Source: Octopus vulgaris
Taxonomy: Eukaryota
Direction: 5' to 3'
DNA: 64,000 nucleotides
Assembly: GCA_951406725.2 (NCBI GenBank)
Contig: OX597818.1
Span: 36,642,001 to 36,706,000 of the forward strand
Made by a program: the position numbers and the translations under genes. This document shows, in pieces, positions 1 to 12,526 of the stretch (within the stretch, counting starts at the first letter, position 1; every line of letters begins with the position of its first letter). The notes beneath the pieces are model-generated. The model saw only the letters and a program-made list of their open reading frames with translations, was not told the DNA's origin and did not search any database.

Positions 1-518
1 TTATAAGTTAATTAGGGTAAGGTTAATTTGAAGTCCTACAGCTGTTTCTAGGATATCCCAAGTGTCAGGCTAGCCTGTCCGTACACTGGGTATTCCCTTA
101 TCAGAAACAAAGTGAGTAAGAAAATTCTAGACAGGGAACTTCACAGTTTATAAGGGATAAAATAGAAGAATAAAGAGTTAATGTAGATATGAGAATACAG
201 ATAAGATAATAAAAGTTCACGATTCATCTTTTTTCCAGAGGGTATAAAGGTTGGTCGTATTTCCGTGAAGGTATAGGTCCTTATACTTAATCCCAGGTAA
301 TTCCTGGCAGACTTTTAGCAGTATTCTTATATCTACTTTTACTCTTTATTCATCTATTTTATTCCTTATAAACTCTCAGTTTCCCCGTCTAGAACTTTCA
401 TACTCACTTTGTTTCTGATGGGGGAATATCTAGTGTACCGACATACTAGACTATCACTTGGGATATCCCAGAAACGGCTGTAGGACTTCAAATTAATCTT
501 ATTCTAATTAACTTATAA
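1..518. mobile_element. Penelope-like non-autonomous element with inverted ~200-bp arms, each carrying a degenerate hammerhead
   Basis: 1-198 is an imperfect reverse complement of 321-518. Plus arm: gttt-CTGATGG-stem II-GAAACGGCTGTA-ggac (411-486). Minus arm: CTGATAA...GAAACAGCTGTA. Followed by (TA)n. Confidence 0.7.
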
Positions 519-580
519 ATGACTTGGGTTTTGATGTCCTTTCCCTCAAATGTAATATATATATATATATATATACACAT

Positions 581-643
<63 letters not shown>

Positions 644-745
644 TTGTACCTCCAACCGTGCTGTCTTCTGCTGTGATTTTTGCTACCAAGGTATCGGTTA
701 AACTTTTGATTAATCTGCAACAAGATTATTCATCTTACTATTTCA

Positions 746-777
<32 letters not shown>

Positions 778-780
<3 letters not shown>

Positions 781-949
781 CGTATGAGCGGCTGTGTAGC
801 AAGTAGATTGCTTACGAACCACATGGTTCCGGGTTCAGTCCCACTGCGTGGCACCTTGGGCAAGTGTCTTCTACTATAGCCTCGGGCCGACCAAAGCTTT
901 GTGAGTGGATTTGGTAGACGGAAACTGAAAGAAGCCCGTCGTATATATG

Positions 950-990
<41 letters not shown>

Positions 991-1200
991 TTCTGTGTCT
1001 GTGTTTGTCCCCCCAACATAGCTTGACAACCGATGCTGGTGTGTTTACGTCCCCGTAACTTAGCGATTCGGCAAAAGAGACCGATAGAATAAGTACTAGG
1101 CTTACAAAGAATAAGTCCTGAGGTCGATTTGCTCGGCTAAAGGCGGTGCTCCAGCATGGCCACAGTAAAATAACTGAAACTAGTAAAAGAGTAAAAAGAG
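778..1200 (+). mobile_element. tRNA-derived SINE family A (CORE-like), near full length
   Basis: A-box-like ggctgtgtagc and B-box-like ggttcagtccc, accttgggcaagt CORE-like motif, internal (TA)/(TG) tract, gtaaaaga tail; more than 10 copies in the window. Confidence 0.9.
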
Positions 1201-1224
1201 TATACACATACATATAACATACAC

Positions 1225-1298
<74 letters not shown>

Positions 1299-1710
1299 GT
1301 AATAAAATAGGTAGATAGGTATGTATGCATTAATGTATGTATGTGTATATATATATATATATGTATGTATAATGGATCCTGTAACGCACGCGAGTGTATG
1401 TGTACGTATATTAGTTCCAGGATTCATTAGAATGTAAGCATACCAACAAGTAGGACTATCTGGGTACCATAATACTGGGTTCACAGTAACAGAAAACAAA
1501 TATTAGTTACCATTTGTTGGTAGTGTACTGCAGGTATGTGTGTGTGGATGAGTGTGTGTATGTGTGTGTGTGTGTGTGTGTTGTGTGTGAGTGTGTGTGT
1601 ATAAACTGTACATCCGAATCCATGGTTGGTTTCAGGTGTGGCGTGAAAGAACGTAACTATGGTCACCGCCCTAGTACCCATGGATAATTTTTCTTTGAAT
1701 TTTTTGCTCA

Positions 1711-2090
1711 AGGGGTAGGAGTGGCTGTGTAGCAAGTAGCTTGCTTACGAACCACATGGTTCCGGGTTCAGTCCCACTGCGTGGTACCTTGGGCAAGTGT
1801 CTTCTACTATAGCCTAGGGCCGACCAAAGCCTTGTGAGTGGATTTGGTAGACGGAAACTGAAAGAACTCCGTCTTATATATGTATATGTGTGTGTGTGTA
1901 TGTGTGTGTGTGTGTGTGTGTGTGTTTGTGTGTGTTTGCGTGTCTGTGTTTGTCCTCCCAACATCGCTTGACAACCAATGCTGGTGTGCTTACGTCGCCG
2001 TCACCTAGCGGTTCGGCAAAAGAGACCAATAAAATAAGTACTAGGCTTACAAAGAATAAGTCCTGGGGTCGATTTGCTCGATCGACTAAA
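1711..2090 (+). mobile_element. SINE family A, 3' end replaced by an inverted family B SINE
   Basis: Same sequence as 778-1200 up to gactaaa, then switches to family B on the opposite strand. Confidence 0.88.
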
Positions 2091-2778
2091 CACAGAGGGG
2101 ACAAACAAGGACAGACAAACGGATTAAGTCGATTGCATCGACTCCAGTGCGTAACTGGTACTTAATTTATCGACCCCGAAAGGATGAAAGGCAAAGTCGT
2201 CCTCGGTGGAATTTGAACTCAGAACGTAACAGCAGACGAAATACGGCTACGCATTTCGCCCGGCGTGCTAACGTTTCTGCCGGCTCGCCGCCTTAAGTCA
2301 GCTTGTAATAATATTCTTTTCTACTCTAGGCACAAGGCCCGAAACATTTGGGGAGTGGGGGGCCAGTCGATTATATCGGCCCCAGTATGCAACTGGTACT
2401 TATTTAATTGACCCCGAAAGGATGAAAGGTAAAGTCGACCTCGGCGGAATTTGAACTCAGAACGTAGCGGCAGACGAAATACCGTTAAGCATTTTGCCCG
2501 GCGTGCTAACGATTCGGCCAGCTCGCCGCCTTCCGCTTGTAATAATATTTATTTCTTTATTGCCCACAGGGGGCTAAATATAGAGGTAACAAACAAGGAC
2601 AAATGGATTAAGTCGATTACATTCACAATCCAGTGTGTAACTGGTACTTATTTAATCGACCCCGAAAGGATGAAAGGTAAGGTCGATCTCGGTAGAATTT
2701 GAACTCGGAACGTAAAGACAGACGAAATATCGCTAAACACTTTGCCCGGCGTGCTAACGATCCTGCAACTTCGCCGCC
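2086..2778 (-). mobile_element. Three adjacent copies of tRNA-derived SINE family B
   Basis: Minus strand ggcggcgagctggcagaa..gttagcacgccgggc..gagttcaaattcc..gtcgactttgcctttcatcctttcggggtcgata..gtaccagtt repeated. Confidence 0.88.
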
Positions 2779-3085
2779 TCCGCCGAGGTTAACTTTGTCC
2801 TTTATCCTTTCGGGGTCGATAAATTATGTATCACTTACATACTGGGGTCTATCTAACCGACTGGCACCCTCCCAAAAAATATCGTGCCTTGTGCCTAGGA
2901 TGGAAAAGAATAATATTACACTTACAAATCCTAGATTTTTACAGTATTTGGTCCATATTGAGTATGGCAGACTTGGATTAGTGTCGTTGCAATGGCCTTC
3001 AAACACAAACACAAAGACTCACACACACACACATAGATACGTACACACACACGCACACGCACACACACACGCACACACACACTCG

Positions 3086-3140
<55 letters not shown>

Positions 3141-3142
<2 letters not shown>

Positions 3143-3306
3143 GATGGGCTTCTTTAAGTTTCACTCTACCAAATCCACTCACAAGGCTTTGGTCGACCAG
3201 AGTCTGTAGTGGAAGGTACTTGCCCAAGAAGCCGCACAGTGGGACTGAACCTGGAACTATATGCTTGAGAAGCAAGCTTTTTACCACACGGCCACACCTG
3301 CGCCTA
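3141..3306 (-). mobile_element. SINE family A, 5' portion
   Basis: Reverse complement of the family A head (gggactgaacc, aaatccactcacaaggctttggtcg). Confidence 0.8.
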
Positions 3307-3758
3307 TGAGCATTTATTTGTGCGTATGTGTGTGAGTGTGAGTGTGTGTGTGTGCATGTGTATAAATATCAATGGCCGTTTATCTTAATGGTACAAGCGC
3401 TCATCCAGAATTTCAGAGGTATAGGGTTCGATTCTAGCCACTTTTTGACCGGGGAAGATTTGACTGTGAGAAAAGAAATTTAATTCCCAACTACATGGTT
3501 CCGGGTTCAGTCCCACTACGTGGCATCTTGGGCAAGTACCTTCTGCTCTACCCTCGATTCGACCAAAATCTTGTGAGTCAACTTTCAGGAGCAATAATAA
3601 TTCTTTGGGTTCAAACTTTGTGGGATTCTCCCCATATCGAATTTCGATAAGCTGAAAGATTTTTTTTTATTTATAACTCACGGTTATCAACTTGTGTTGC
3701 TATGAATGCGAATAAAAAACCAAATTGATGGAGTAGAGCAGGTAAAAACTAGGCTTTG

Positions 3759-3983
3759 TATGTTTCCTAGCTAGCATATCCTCTGATCTAATAAGGACTT
3801 AACGAGCAATATTCAGCTAGCTAATCAGCAGGCCAGAGATACCTTAATTATGTGAAGGTTACATCGTCGTTAAGGAATCCTATTGCCGTTAAGGTATCTT
3901 CAGCCATATGTGTAGCTAGGAGTAACTGAGTATCCTCCATTGAGTAATTATTACATCAGAGGATATACTATCTAGGAAACATA
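3759..3983. mobile_element. MITE-like foldback element
   Basis: tatgtttcctagctagcatatcctctgatctaataa pairs imperfectly with ttattacatcagaggatatactatctaggaaacata; inner IR agataccttaa/ttaaggtatct. Confidence 0.6.
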
Positions 3984-4039
3984 TGTAGATCGGATTTTAC
4001 CTGCTCCACTGCCTTAAATTTCGATGTGAATATATATAT

Positions 4040-4175
4040 AGGTGCAGGACTGGCTGTGTGGTAAGTAGCTTGCTTACCAACCACAAGTGTTTTCTACTAT
4101 AGCCTCGGGCCGACCAAAGCCTTGTGAGTGGATTTGGTAGACGGAAACTTAAAAGAAACCCATCGTATGTATGTA

Positions 4176-4250
<75 letters not shown>

Positions 4251-4452
4251 TTGTGTGTCTGTGTTTGTGCTCCCAACATTGCTTGACAACCGATGCTGGT
4301 GTATTTACGTCCCCGTCACTTACCGGCACGGCAAATAGACACCGATAGAATAAGTACGAGGCTTACAAAGAATAAGTCCTAGGGTCAATGTGCCCGACTA
4401 AAGGCGGTGCTCCAGCATGGCCGCAGTCAAATGACTGAAACAAGTAAAAGAA
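4040..4452 (+). mobile_element. SINE family A with an internal deletion covering the B box
   Basis: Matches family A, but ccacaagtgt joins the head directly to the CORE-like part. Confidence 0.88.
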
Positions 4453-5105
4453 TATCGGTGCTATTATGTAAAAGTGTCGTAAGTCCAGAACTTTGCTTTT
4501 TCAGAAAACGAAAAAACAGTTTCACCATTCCAGTTCTTTTTCCATTACCAACAGTTTCACCCTTAACAATAACAATTTGTTGGGAGCATAAAATCGTAAC
4601 TCCCGCCTTCTATGATATTCTCAGTCAGAAATATTCCTGCAAAACTGTCGAATCCTTTAAAAAATGCTAAACGTTGTACTACACTTTGAAAATGTTTATC
4701 TGAAGCAGCTAGAGATGGGATAATTTGAGCAAAAGAACCGTTTATTGCAAACAAAATTAAAATTGAAAGAAAACGCCTTTAGCCAAATTTAGACATACGA
4801 CAGTTTAACATAATAGCAACGATATATATTTTTTTTAGGGCGGTGCATGTGTGTGTGGGTGTATTGTAGGCCTTGCACCAAAATTTGAAACCAATATTGT
4901 TCTTGTGAAAAAAGTAATATATTGTGCTCTATAAAGAGTTTTGAGTAAAACTTCAGTTTAATTAAAATTGTTTTTTTTTTATTATAACTTAACATGCTGA
5001 AACTTTGTTTTCAGCCTCGCAGGGTCGATAAAATAAGTACCAGTCGAGCACTATGGTCGACTTAATCGGCCTAATCTCTACCACCAAAATTTGAAACCAA
5101 AATAC

Positions 5106-5142
<37 letters not shown>

Positions 5143-5276
5143 AACAAACCGCAATGGCTATATTGTCGACACTTTGTATTTTCTATTTTGTGCATGCACA
5201 TTGTTTGTTTTTAATTTTGTCGACTACACAGCATAGTGGAATCAGTTGGGCACCGTCTGTGAGAAAAACAGCACCA

Positions 5277-5965
5277 TGACGCAATTCACTCTGTATTGCT
5301 TGGCATTCGCACCGGCAGCTCTAATACGAACTTTTCAGACTGTTTTGGTGTCAAAAGCAGTGCAAATGATTCGGCAAGAGTTGAGTGAGTCTAAATGGGG
5401 ATTACGAAGGTACAGCAGCTCGGAAAACACACTCCGATCGTTCTGATAAGAAAAGAGCTCCTGGATTTATTGATGAGATCCAGGCTATGATTCACAATGA
5501 TGGCTTCAAGTCAATGAGGTCCATCGCCAGAGACATGGGAGTGTCTAAGTTTCTTATCATGTAGGTAATGCATCAAGACATTCGGTATTCCTCATGGAAG
5601 ATGAGAAAGGGCCTATTTTTATTCTAAGCTATCGAGGACGAGAGGAAAGACCGTGCTACGAAGTTTTTGAACAAACTCAAGCATCCCTTGCAACCGAACA
5701 TAGTTTAGTTTTTCTCAGACGAGAAAAATTTCTGCCAGGATGAGACGGGGAACACACAGAGCAAACGTTGGCTTACTGTGTCCCCAAAACATGTACTGAG
5801 AGTGAAAAAATCAAATATCCAGTCAACATCATGGAGTTTTCAGTGATCATTAGTGATGGCGCATTATGCCTCCATTCAACTTCCCACACGGTCTCAGACT
5901 CAACTCTGAGGCCTGAATCAAGTGCCTGAAGGAAGCAGTGATGCCCTGAGTCAAGAGGGTGGCCT
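5277..5965 (+). pseudogene. Decayed Tc1/mariner-superfamily transposase (maT/DD37D-like)
   Basis: Translation from 5487 gives MIHNDGFKSMRSIARDMGVSKFLIM*...KFLNKLKHPLQPNIV*FFSDEKNFCQD...KYPVNIM: HTH plus first catalytic Asp motif FSDEK, with in-frame stops. Confidence 0.8.
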
Positions 5966-6300
5966 AAAGGCTGCATCAAGCGACTTCTAGCGGCAGGAGC
6001 CTGAACTACAGCGGATACCTCCCCGTGTATATATATATATGGGGAAGGGGGCGCCACCAAAGGGGACCAATATTATCGTTTAAGGCGCAAAATTGCGTTT
6101 TACCCTCTGTCCATTTATAATTTGCTTTTAACTTATAGATGTATATATGTATGTATATTTCATATATCAAGACTCAGCTGGAGTCCTCTTATAGCCAACT
6201 TTTACACCGCGGACTCCAGAATGAAAACTCAGTCATTTAAACACTACTACATGTTTGTTAGTGCTCTGTGCATCGCGCTGGATCTCACCTGTATATATAC

Positions 6301-6381
<81 letters not shown>

Positions 6382-6385
<4 letters not shown>

Positions 6386-6597
6386 AGATATGGTGCTGCA
6401 AAGTTCCTGGCTTTGGGTAAAAATGATACAGGAGGATCAATCAATTATGATTTTTTTTCAATATGTTCAGATTCACACACTTATTGCTCTGGACCTTCAG
6501 ATTTTTTTTTTTCATCCCTGTAAAAGAATTTGGAAGTTTGAGCCCCCGATTTGGCCTCTCGCGGTACCCTTAGAGCCACGAACTTTTCAGCACACCT

Positions 6598-6601
<4 letters not shown>
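6382..6601. mobile_element. mariner-derived MITE
   Basis: TIRs ggtgctgcaaagttcctggct and agccacgaacttttcagcacacc; inserted in a TA/TG tract. Confidence 0.7.
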
Positions 6602-6637
<36 letters not shown>

Positions 6638-6969
6638 TTGTGTATACAAATACTTATACATATAATTTCAGACAGAGAGAGTGGACTATACCTACACAGT
6701 GACACACAAACATATAGGTACACACATGTGTATGTATACGTGTATTATACTGGGTTGGCTTCCAAAATCGTTAGGACGTTCGACAGTGTACCTTCTGGTA
6801 TTTGGTTTCATCTTCTTATATCCTGCGTTCAAATCCAGCTCAGTTCCACTTTTCGGTTCTTTTCCTGCATCGATAAAATAAGAAATAGAGTCGATGTTAT
6901 AAGAAAGAAAGAAAGAAAGGAAAGGAGAAATAAGAAGAAAAGTGACTGAAAGGAAAAGAAGAAAGGAGT

Positions 6970-7005
<36 letters not shown>

Positions 7006-7390
7006 AGGAAAGAAAAAAAGAAAGAAAGAAAGAAAAAAGAAACAACATTAGAAAAACCAGAAAGCAGGGAAGCAAGAAAGCGAACAAGAATGCAAGAAAA
7101 AAAGAAAGAAAATGAAAAGTAAAAGCAAAACACGGAATGAAGTTAGTCGAAACACCCATATAGAACAGCAGGAGTAAAACGATAAATTTTTTTTTCGAAA
7201 AAAAATTTTATCAATGGCCAGCATATCAAAAAATACATTTAAAGGTTAAAATATATAAATAACTTATAAAATAAGGGCAAAAGAAAAATTCTAATGCCAA
7301 ATATGCCGAAAAAAAGACAAAATTGTCAATAACCATTATAATTTATGCGTCCCGAAACATGCCGATAGAAATTTCTAAAAAATTCTGTTA

Positions 7391-7451
7391 TTACCGTATT
7401 GGTCCCAATTTCGGGATTAATTTATAAGAATTTTCCCTTCGTCAGCGATAA
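7391..7451 (-). ncRNA. Type I hammerhead ribozyme in a Penelope-like element
   Basis: Minus strand: ttatcg-CTGACGA-a-ggga..tccc-GAA-ATTGG-ga-CCAAT-A-cggtaa; all three helices and the core are intact. Confidence 0.8.
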
Positions 7452-7571
7452 ATACGTAAGACATAAATGAAATACTTACTCATACCTATGGAAAAAGCAA
7501 GCACTAAGTCCTGAGCAGACCTAAGTACCCCAAATATATCCAAAATAGAAAATCTTCAGCACATCTGTGTG

Positions 7572-7745
<174 letters not shown>

Positions 7746-8452
7746 GGCAAGAGAGGCAAAGAGACTGAGAGAAAGAGAGAGTGAAAGAAAAGAAGAGAAA
7801 TAAGGAAGAATCAATACCAGTAGAGGAATATTATTTATCGTCCAACCCGGACGATAAATTAGTTTTAACTCAGTGCGTAACTGCTCATCAGGCAGTTCAG
7901 AGAGCCTGAGGATCGGTTCCGTAAATCTTTGAGTGATGATTTGGGAAGTTGACGATCGTGTGCAATTTCTTTTAATTTGTTTGGCACCTGTGTGCTCACC
8001 TGTGCGTGTTTGTGTAGGAATTGCGAGCGCGCGTAAGTGTATGAATGTGTGCATTTGTGTATGTATGAGTTTGCGTGTTTACAGTAACAAGGTGCTAAAT
8101 GAACGATAATTTTTATATATATATTACACAAATCTGTGCTATAGTTTTGGATGGGTACAGCTGCTCCGCTAGAAGTTCGATCTTGCAATTTAGTTCGAAG
8201 TGGCTTCATTGCTACCACACGCATTGACTTGAAAATTAAAACACTTCTTGAAGACTTGACCGCGCGTTGAGCAACGCCATGTATGACCTTCTGATGACAA
8301 ATAGAATTGCTTTCATTTGCAATCTTGTTACAACTAATCTGAATGTGCAACATATCAGAATGTTTATTTCTGGTCTTCAGTTAAGTTCAAACCAAATTCC
8401 AGCTGCCCTTCGCTATTTTGACAGTTTTGCTGTTTAGAAGTAACACAATATA

Positions 8453-9050
8453 TCTATTTCTTTACTACTCACAAGTGGCTAAACACAGAGAGGACAAACA
8501 AGGACGGACAAACGGATAAAGTCGATTGTATCGAACCCGAGTGCGTAACTGGTACTTATTTAATCGACCCCGAAAAGATGAGAGGCAAAGTTGACCTCGG
8601 CGGAATTTGAACTCAGAACGTACCGGCAGACGAAATACCTATTTCTTTATTACCCACAAGGGGCTAAACACAGAGAGGACAAACAAGGACAGACAAACGG
8701 ATTAAGTGGATTTTATCGACCCCAGTGCGTAACTGGTACTTATTTAATCGACCCCGAAAGGATGAAAGGCAAAGTCGACCTCGGCGGAATTTGAACTAAG
8801 AACGTACCGGCAGACGAAATACCTATTTCTTTATAACTCACAAGGAGCTAAACACAGAGAGGACAAACAAGGACAGACAAACGGATCAAGTCGATTGTAT
8901 CAACCCCAGTGCGTAACTGGTACTTAATTTATCGACCCCGAAAGGATGAAAGGCTAAGTCGACCTCGGCGGATTTTGAACTCAGAACGTAACGGCAGACG
9001 AAATACTGCTAAGCATTTCGCCCGGCGTGCTAACGATTCTGCCAGCTCGC
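8453..9050 (-). mobile_element. SINE family B head-to-tail trimer
   Basis: Three ~184-bp units joined at aaagaaatag|gtatttcgtctgcc (minus strand). Confidence 0.9.
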
Positions 9051-10295
9051 CAATATATCTGCAAACTCCCTTCTTCCTAGATGCTCCTTAAACTGCAACG
9101 GTATTATTACTTTCACGGTAATCCTGGAGGAATAAGTTCAGACAGGCTGCATTCGCATTTGGTCAGTAATTGTTGGCCATGTGAGCAGTTTGTTCATTTT
9201 TACTTTTTGTGTGTGTTTTGTGTTTTAGTATCACTCATTTCTACCAATATCAGTCATTAGTATATTTACTCCTGTTCACGTGTATCAGAGCAAAACTTCT
9301 AGCATTTCGTTTTTATTATCGCCAAACATTGAGTGCTTGCTAACAAAGATCAATGAGATGGTCAAATTTCTTTCTTTTTTTTTTGTTTTTTTGCATCAGT
9401 AACTATCAATCAATTCTCTTCCTGTCCTGCAGTAGCCACAATTCTTTTCCTCTTACATTTTTTTCGGTACCTTCTAGCCACACTGTATTCAGGTTAAACT
9501 CCTTTTTTTCTCCAAGATGAATCTTAGGCTCTTGAAAATGGGTCAATGTCATTTTTATTACCTGTTCTCTCTTACTCTCTCTCTCTCTCTCTCTTATTCT
9601 CTTTCTTTCTTTCTCTTTCTCTCTCTCACTCTCTTTCTCATATCTCTGTAGACTGCTAATTGATTTTCACTGAAAATTCTTAAGGCCTTTCTTTTTTAGA
9701 GACTCACATCTGTTATCAGCGTTTGTCACTGACACCCTCAAACTCCTGTTTGCGTGTATCAGAGCGAAACTTCAAGCGTTTCGTTTTTACGATCTCCAAA
9801 CATCATTTCTATTTATTTTTCAATTTTTGCAGCAGAGAAGCGTAATTATTTGCCTACGTACATGTAGTATCGCCACATAAACGCTAGTCTTCAATAGATC
9901 AATAATGGCATGCAACTTTTTTAAATGTTCTGGCTTTGTGTATTGTCCTCATGATACTGCTAAGCAGTTGTGAAAAGCGCATATAAATAGGAATATGTTC
10001 GCCAAAATGAAGTGATATTAGTCTTTTTATAAATATTTCGTATCTGTATCATAAATCATTAACGACATCAACTCACTGCGTCTCTTATCAACGCTGATCA
10101 GGTAAAGCTTACCTTGTACCTGGTGTGTCAAAACAAAAATCTTCTCTTGAAGTATTTCATTAAGAATAAATTACAATTACTTACAATTCTTCCCACCTCA
10201 TAGTAATATACTTATTATCGTGGTTGCTACTATAGTCACTGGCAGTTGGATATGAAACATGAGGCTTACTGCAAAGGAACATAGCAGCAATTAGA

Positions 10296-10686
10296 GTGGA
10301 CGCGATATGGCCCAATGGTTAGGGCAGCGGACTCGCGGTCGGAGGATCGCGGTTTCGATTCCCAAACCGGGCGTTGTGTGTATTTATTGAGCGAAAACAG
10401 CTAAAGCTCCACGAGACTCCGGCAAGGGGTGGTAGCGACCCCTGTCGTACTCTTTCGCTCCAACTTTCTCTCAATCTTTCTTCCTGTTTCTTGTCCCCGA
10501 CTTCCTACGCAACCGCTGAGCCTGGATGCGCATTCATCCATCCGTCGATGCTCTCGGTGTCGGCGGTTGACCTGCTTTCTCTTTCTGCGGGTCTTACGAA
10601 TAGCAAAGGACCACGTTTCGGACTTCTCCCATCTTGCGAGCTCTGGGACGAAGACCGTTCGCTCAACAACAACAGCAACAGCAGCA
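10296..10686 (+). mobile_element. tRNA-derived SINE family C with (CAA)n tail
   Basis: tggcccaatggttagggcagcggactcgcggtc...ggtttcgattccc tRNA-like head with A/B boxes, unique body, caacaacaacagcaac tail. Confidence 0.8.
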
Positions 10687-11632
10687 ATTAGAATCAGGTT
10701 TGTTGTCACACGTAGAGTCCGCATATGTATTCCAGGAATTTACTTCACCTACTGTACTCTTCGTACTTTGGGGTGTAGAACTACAATCATCAACGCTTTT
10801 CCTATGTTCAGCAAATGTTGCCTGTTAGCGTAACAGTTTTCTCATGAAATACTTCAACTCTGAGTGAAGTTCGTCTCAGTAGACTGTCATTCAATTCACA
10901 TAGCCGAGGGAACCTTTTGCCATTTTATAGCAATTATATAAGTCATTATTGAGTTCTACTCTAAGAAAATGTGTTTTCTTGTTTCAGTTTCTTCTATAAT
11001 TACAATTTACCTTTTACAATACCGTTTCTTCTTTCCTCCGGTGTCGCTATTGTTGTGTCCAGCCTGTTGCTTGTAACGCATCTCTGCAAGGTGAATGCAA
11101 GTTTCAGACATGTACCACTACGACGTTGAATAAAAGGTTGATTTAGCAAATGTCTTCAGAAGAATAAGCAGTTATTTAGTAAAGGTAGTAGTCGTACCAT
11201 TATTGTTTGAGAATAGATATTGTCGAAAATTCAATGAATACTCTCCTACGTTAAAGTTTGCGTCTGTTCACGCCGGGTGTCTACGCATGAACTTATGTAT
11301 GTATCCATGTCTATCCGTATACATACATACATACGTACACTCACACACACACACACATATATATATAAATGTATGTATATATATATATAAGTATATAGGC
11401 GAGGGTGCGTGTGTGGGTTTTACGTACGTTAGTAAGTACATATGTCTACGAGTCTGTGTGTATAGATGGATGGATATATATATAGGAGTATATGTATGAA
11501 TGTTAGATTGACTGCGCAATTGATAGACCGTTGGACAAAAGAGCTTTAGATTCTGAGTTCAAATTCCTCCCAGGACTGTTCGCATTACATCCCTCTAAGG
11601 TCAGTAAAATAAGTAATGAAATGGTTGGAATC

Positions 11633-11858
11633 CGCGAGCTGGCAGAATCGTTAGCACACCGGGCGAAATGCATAGCCGTATTTCGTCTGCCGTTACGTTC
11701 TGAGTTCAAATTCCGCCGAGGTCGACTTTGCCTTTCATCCTCTCGGGGTCGATAAATAAAGTACCAGTTTTGCACTGGGTCGATGTAATCGACTTAATCC
11801 CTTTGTCTGCCCTTGTTTGTCCCCTCTATGTTTAGCCCCTTGAGGGCAGTAAAGAAAT
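11633..11858 (+). mobile_element. SINE family B
   Basis: Full match to the family B consensus seen elsewhere in the window. Confidence 0.9.
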
Positions 11859-11932
11859 ATATATTAGAAAGAAGTACTCCAACACAGCGACAGTCAAATA
11901 ATATAACCCTAAAAATAAAAACTTGTGTGTGT

Positions 11933-12014
<82 letters not shown>

Positions 12015-12494
12015 AGATATTAATAGCTGAGCTGGTTAAGACACATCTACGTACATTTACAGGAGAATTTTCTCAATCTCCAATCGCAATTTTGTGGCAT
12101 ATGGCTTCAAAGTCGAGACAGAGAAAAATGTGTGCAAGCTCTCTGCTACATACACTGCTGCTTGTGAAAATCCCAAAGAAAGAGCCTCTACTTGAAATAG
12201 CAGCCAAGTCTCTATCAAAGAAAGGACATTCAGCATAACCTATTCTTGGATATAGTATATCTGAGTAAGGTTATGGAATCGTTACAGCAGGAGAATATTT
12301 GAAAAAAGGTTTTCTCGACGATCCAGTAATGAGATACACGCTTATAGCTCATATACACACTCACACATACATATAAGCATATAAACATACTTATATTCAT
12401 ACATGCGTATGCATATTCATACATACACTTATACATGCATTCCATATAAAACAGATCCAAAGTGCCTAGTGAAATTGTCGTGATAAATGGAGTA

Positions 12495-12526
12495 TCCAAC
12501 GTTTCGGATAAAGTCCTTCTTCAAGG
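12495..12526 (-). ncRNA. Minimal hammerhead variant (UUGAAGA core)
   Basis: Minus strand: tcc-TTGAAGA-a-gga-cttta-tcc-GAAACGTT-gga. Confidence 0.6.

Noticed and set aside
7863-7895. Hammerhead on the minus strand (CTGATGA-g-cagt-tacgc-actg)
   Set aside because: No GAAA follows the hairpin, and there is no stem III/UH.
8291-8330. Hammerhead on the plus strand (CTGATGA-caaat...atttg)
   Set aside because: Followed by CAAT rather than GAAA; stem I is absent.
7865-8353. 162-aa ORF as a host exon
   Set aside because: No recognisable domain, starts at a non-ATG codon, crosses low-complexity sequence, and has no convincing splice sites.
10300-10375. tRNA gene
   Set aside because: The tRNA-like head lacks a proper acceptor stem and terminator and runs into a SINE body with a (CAA)n tail.
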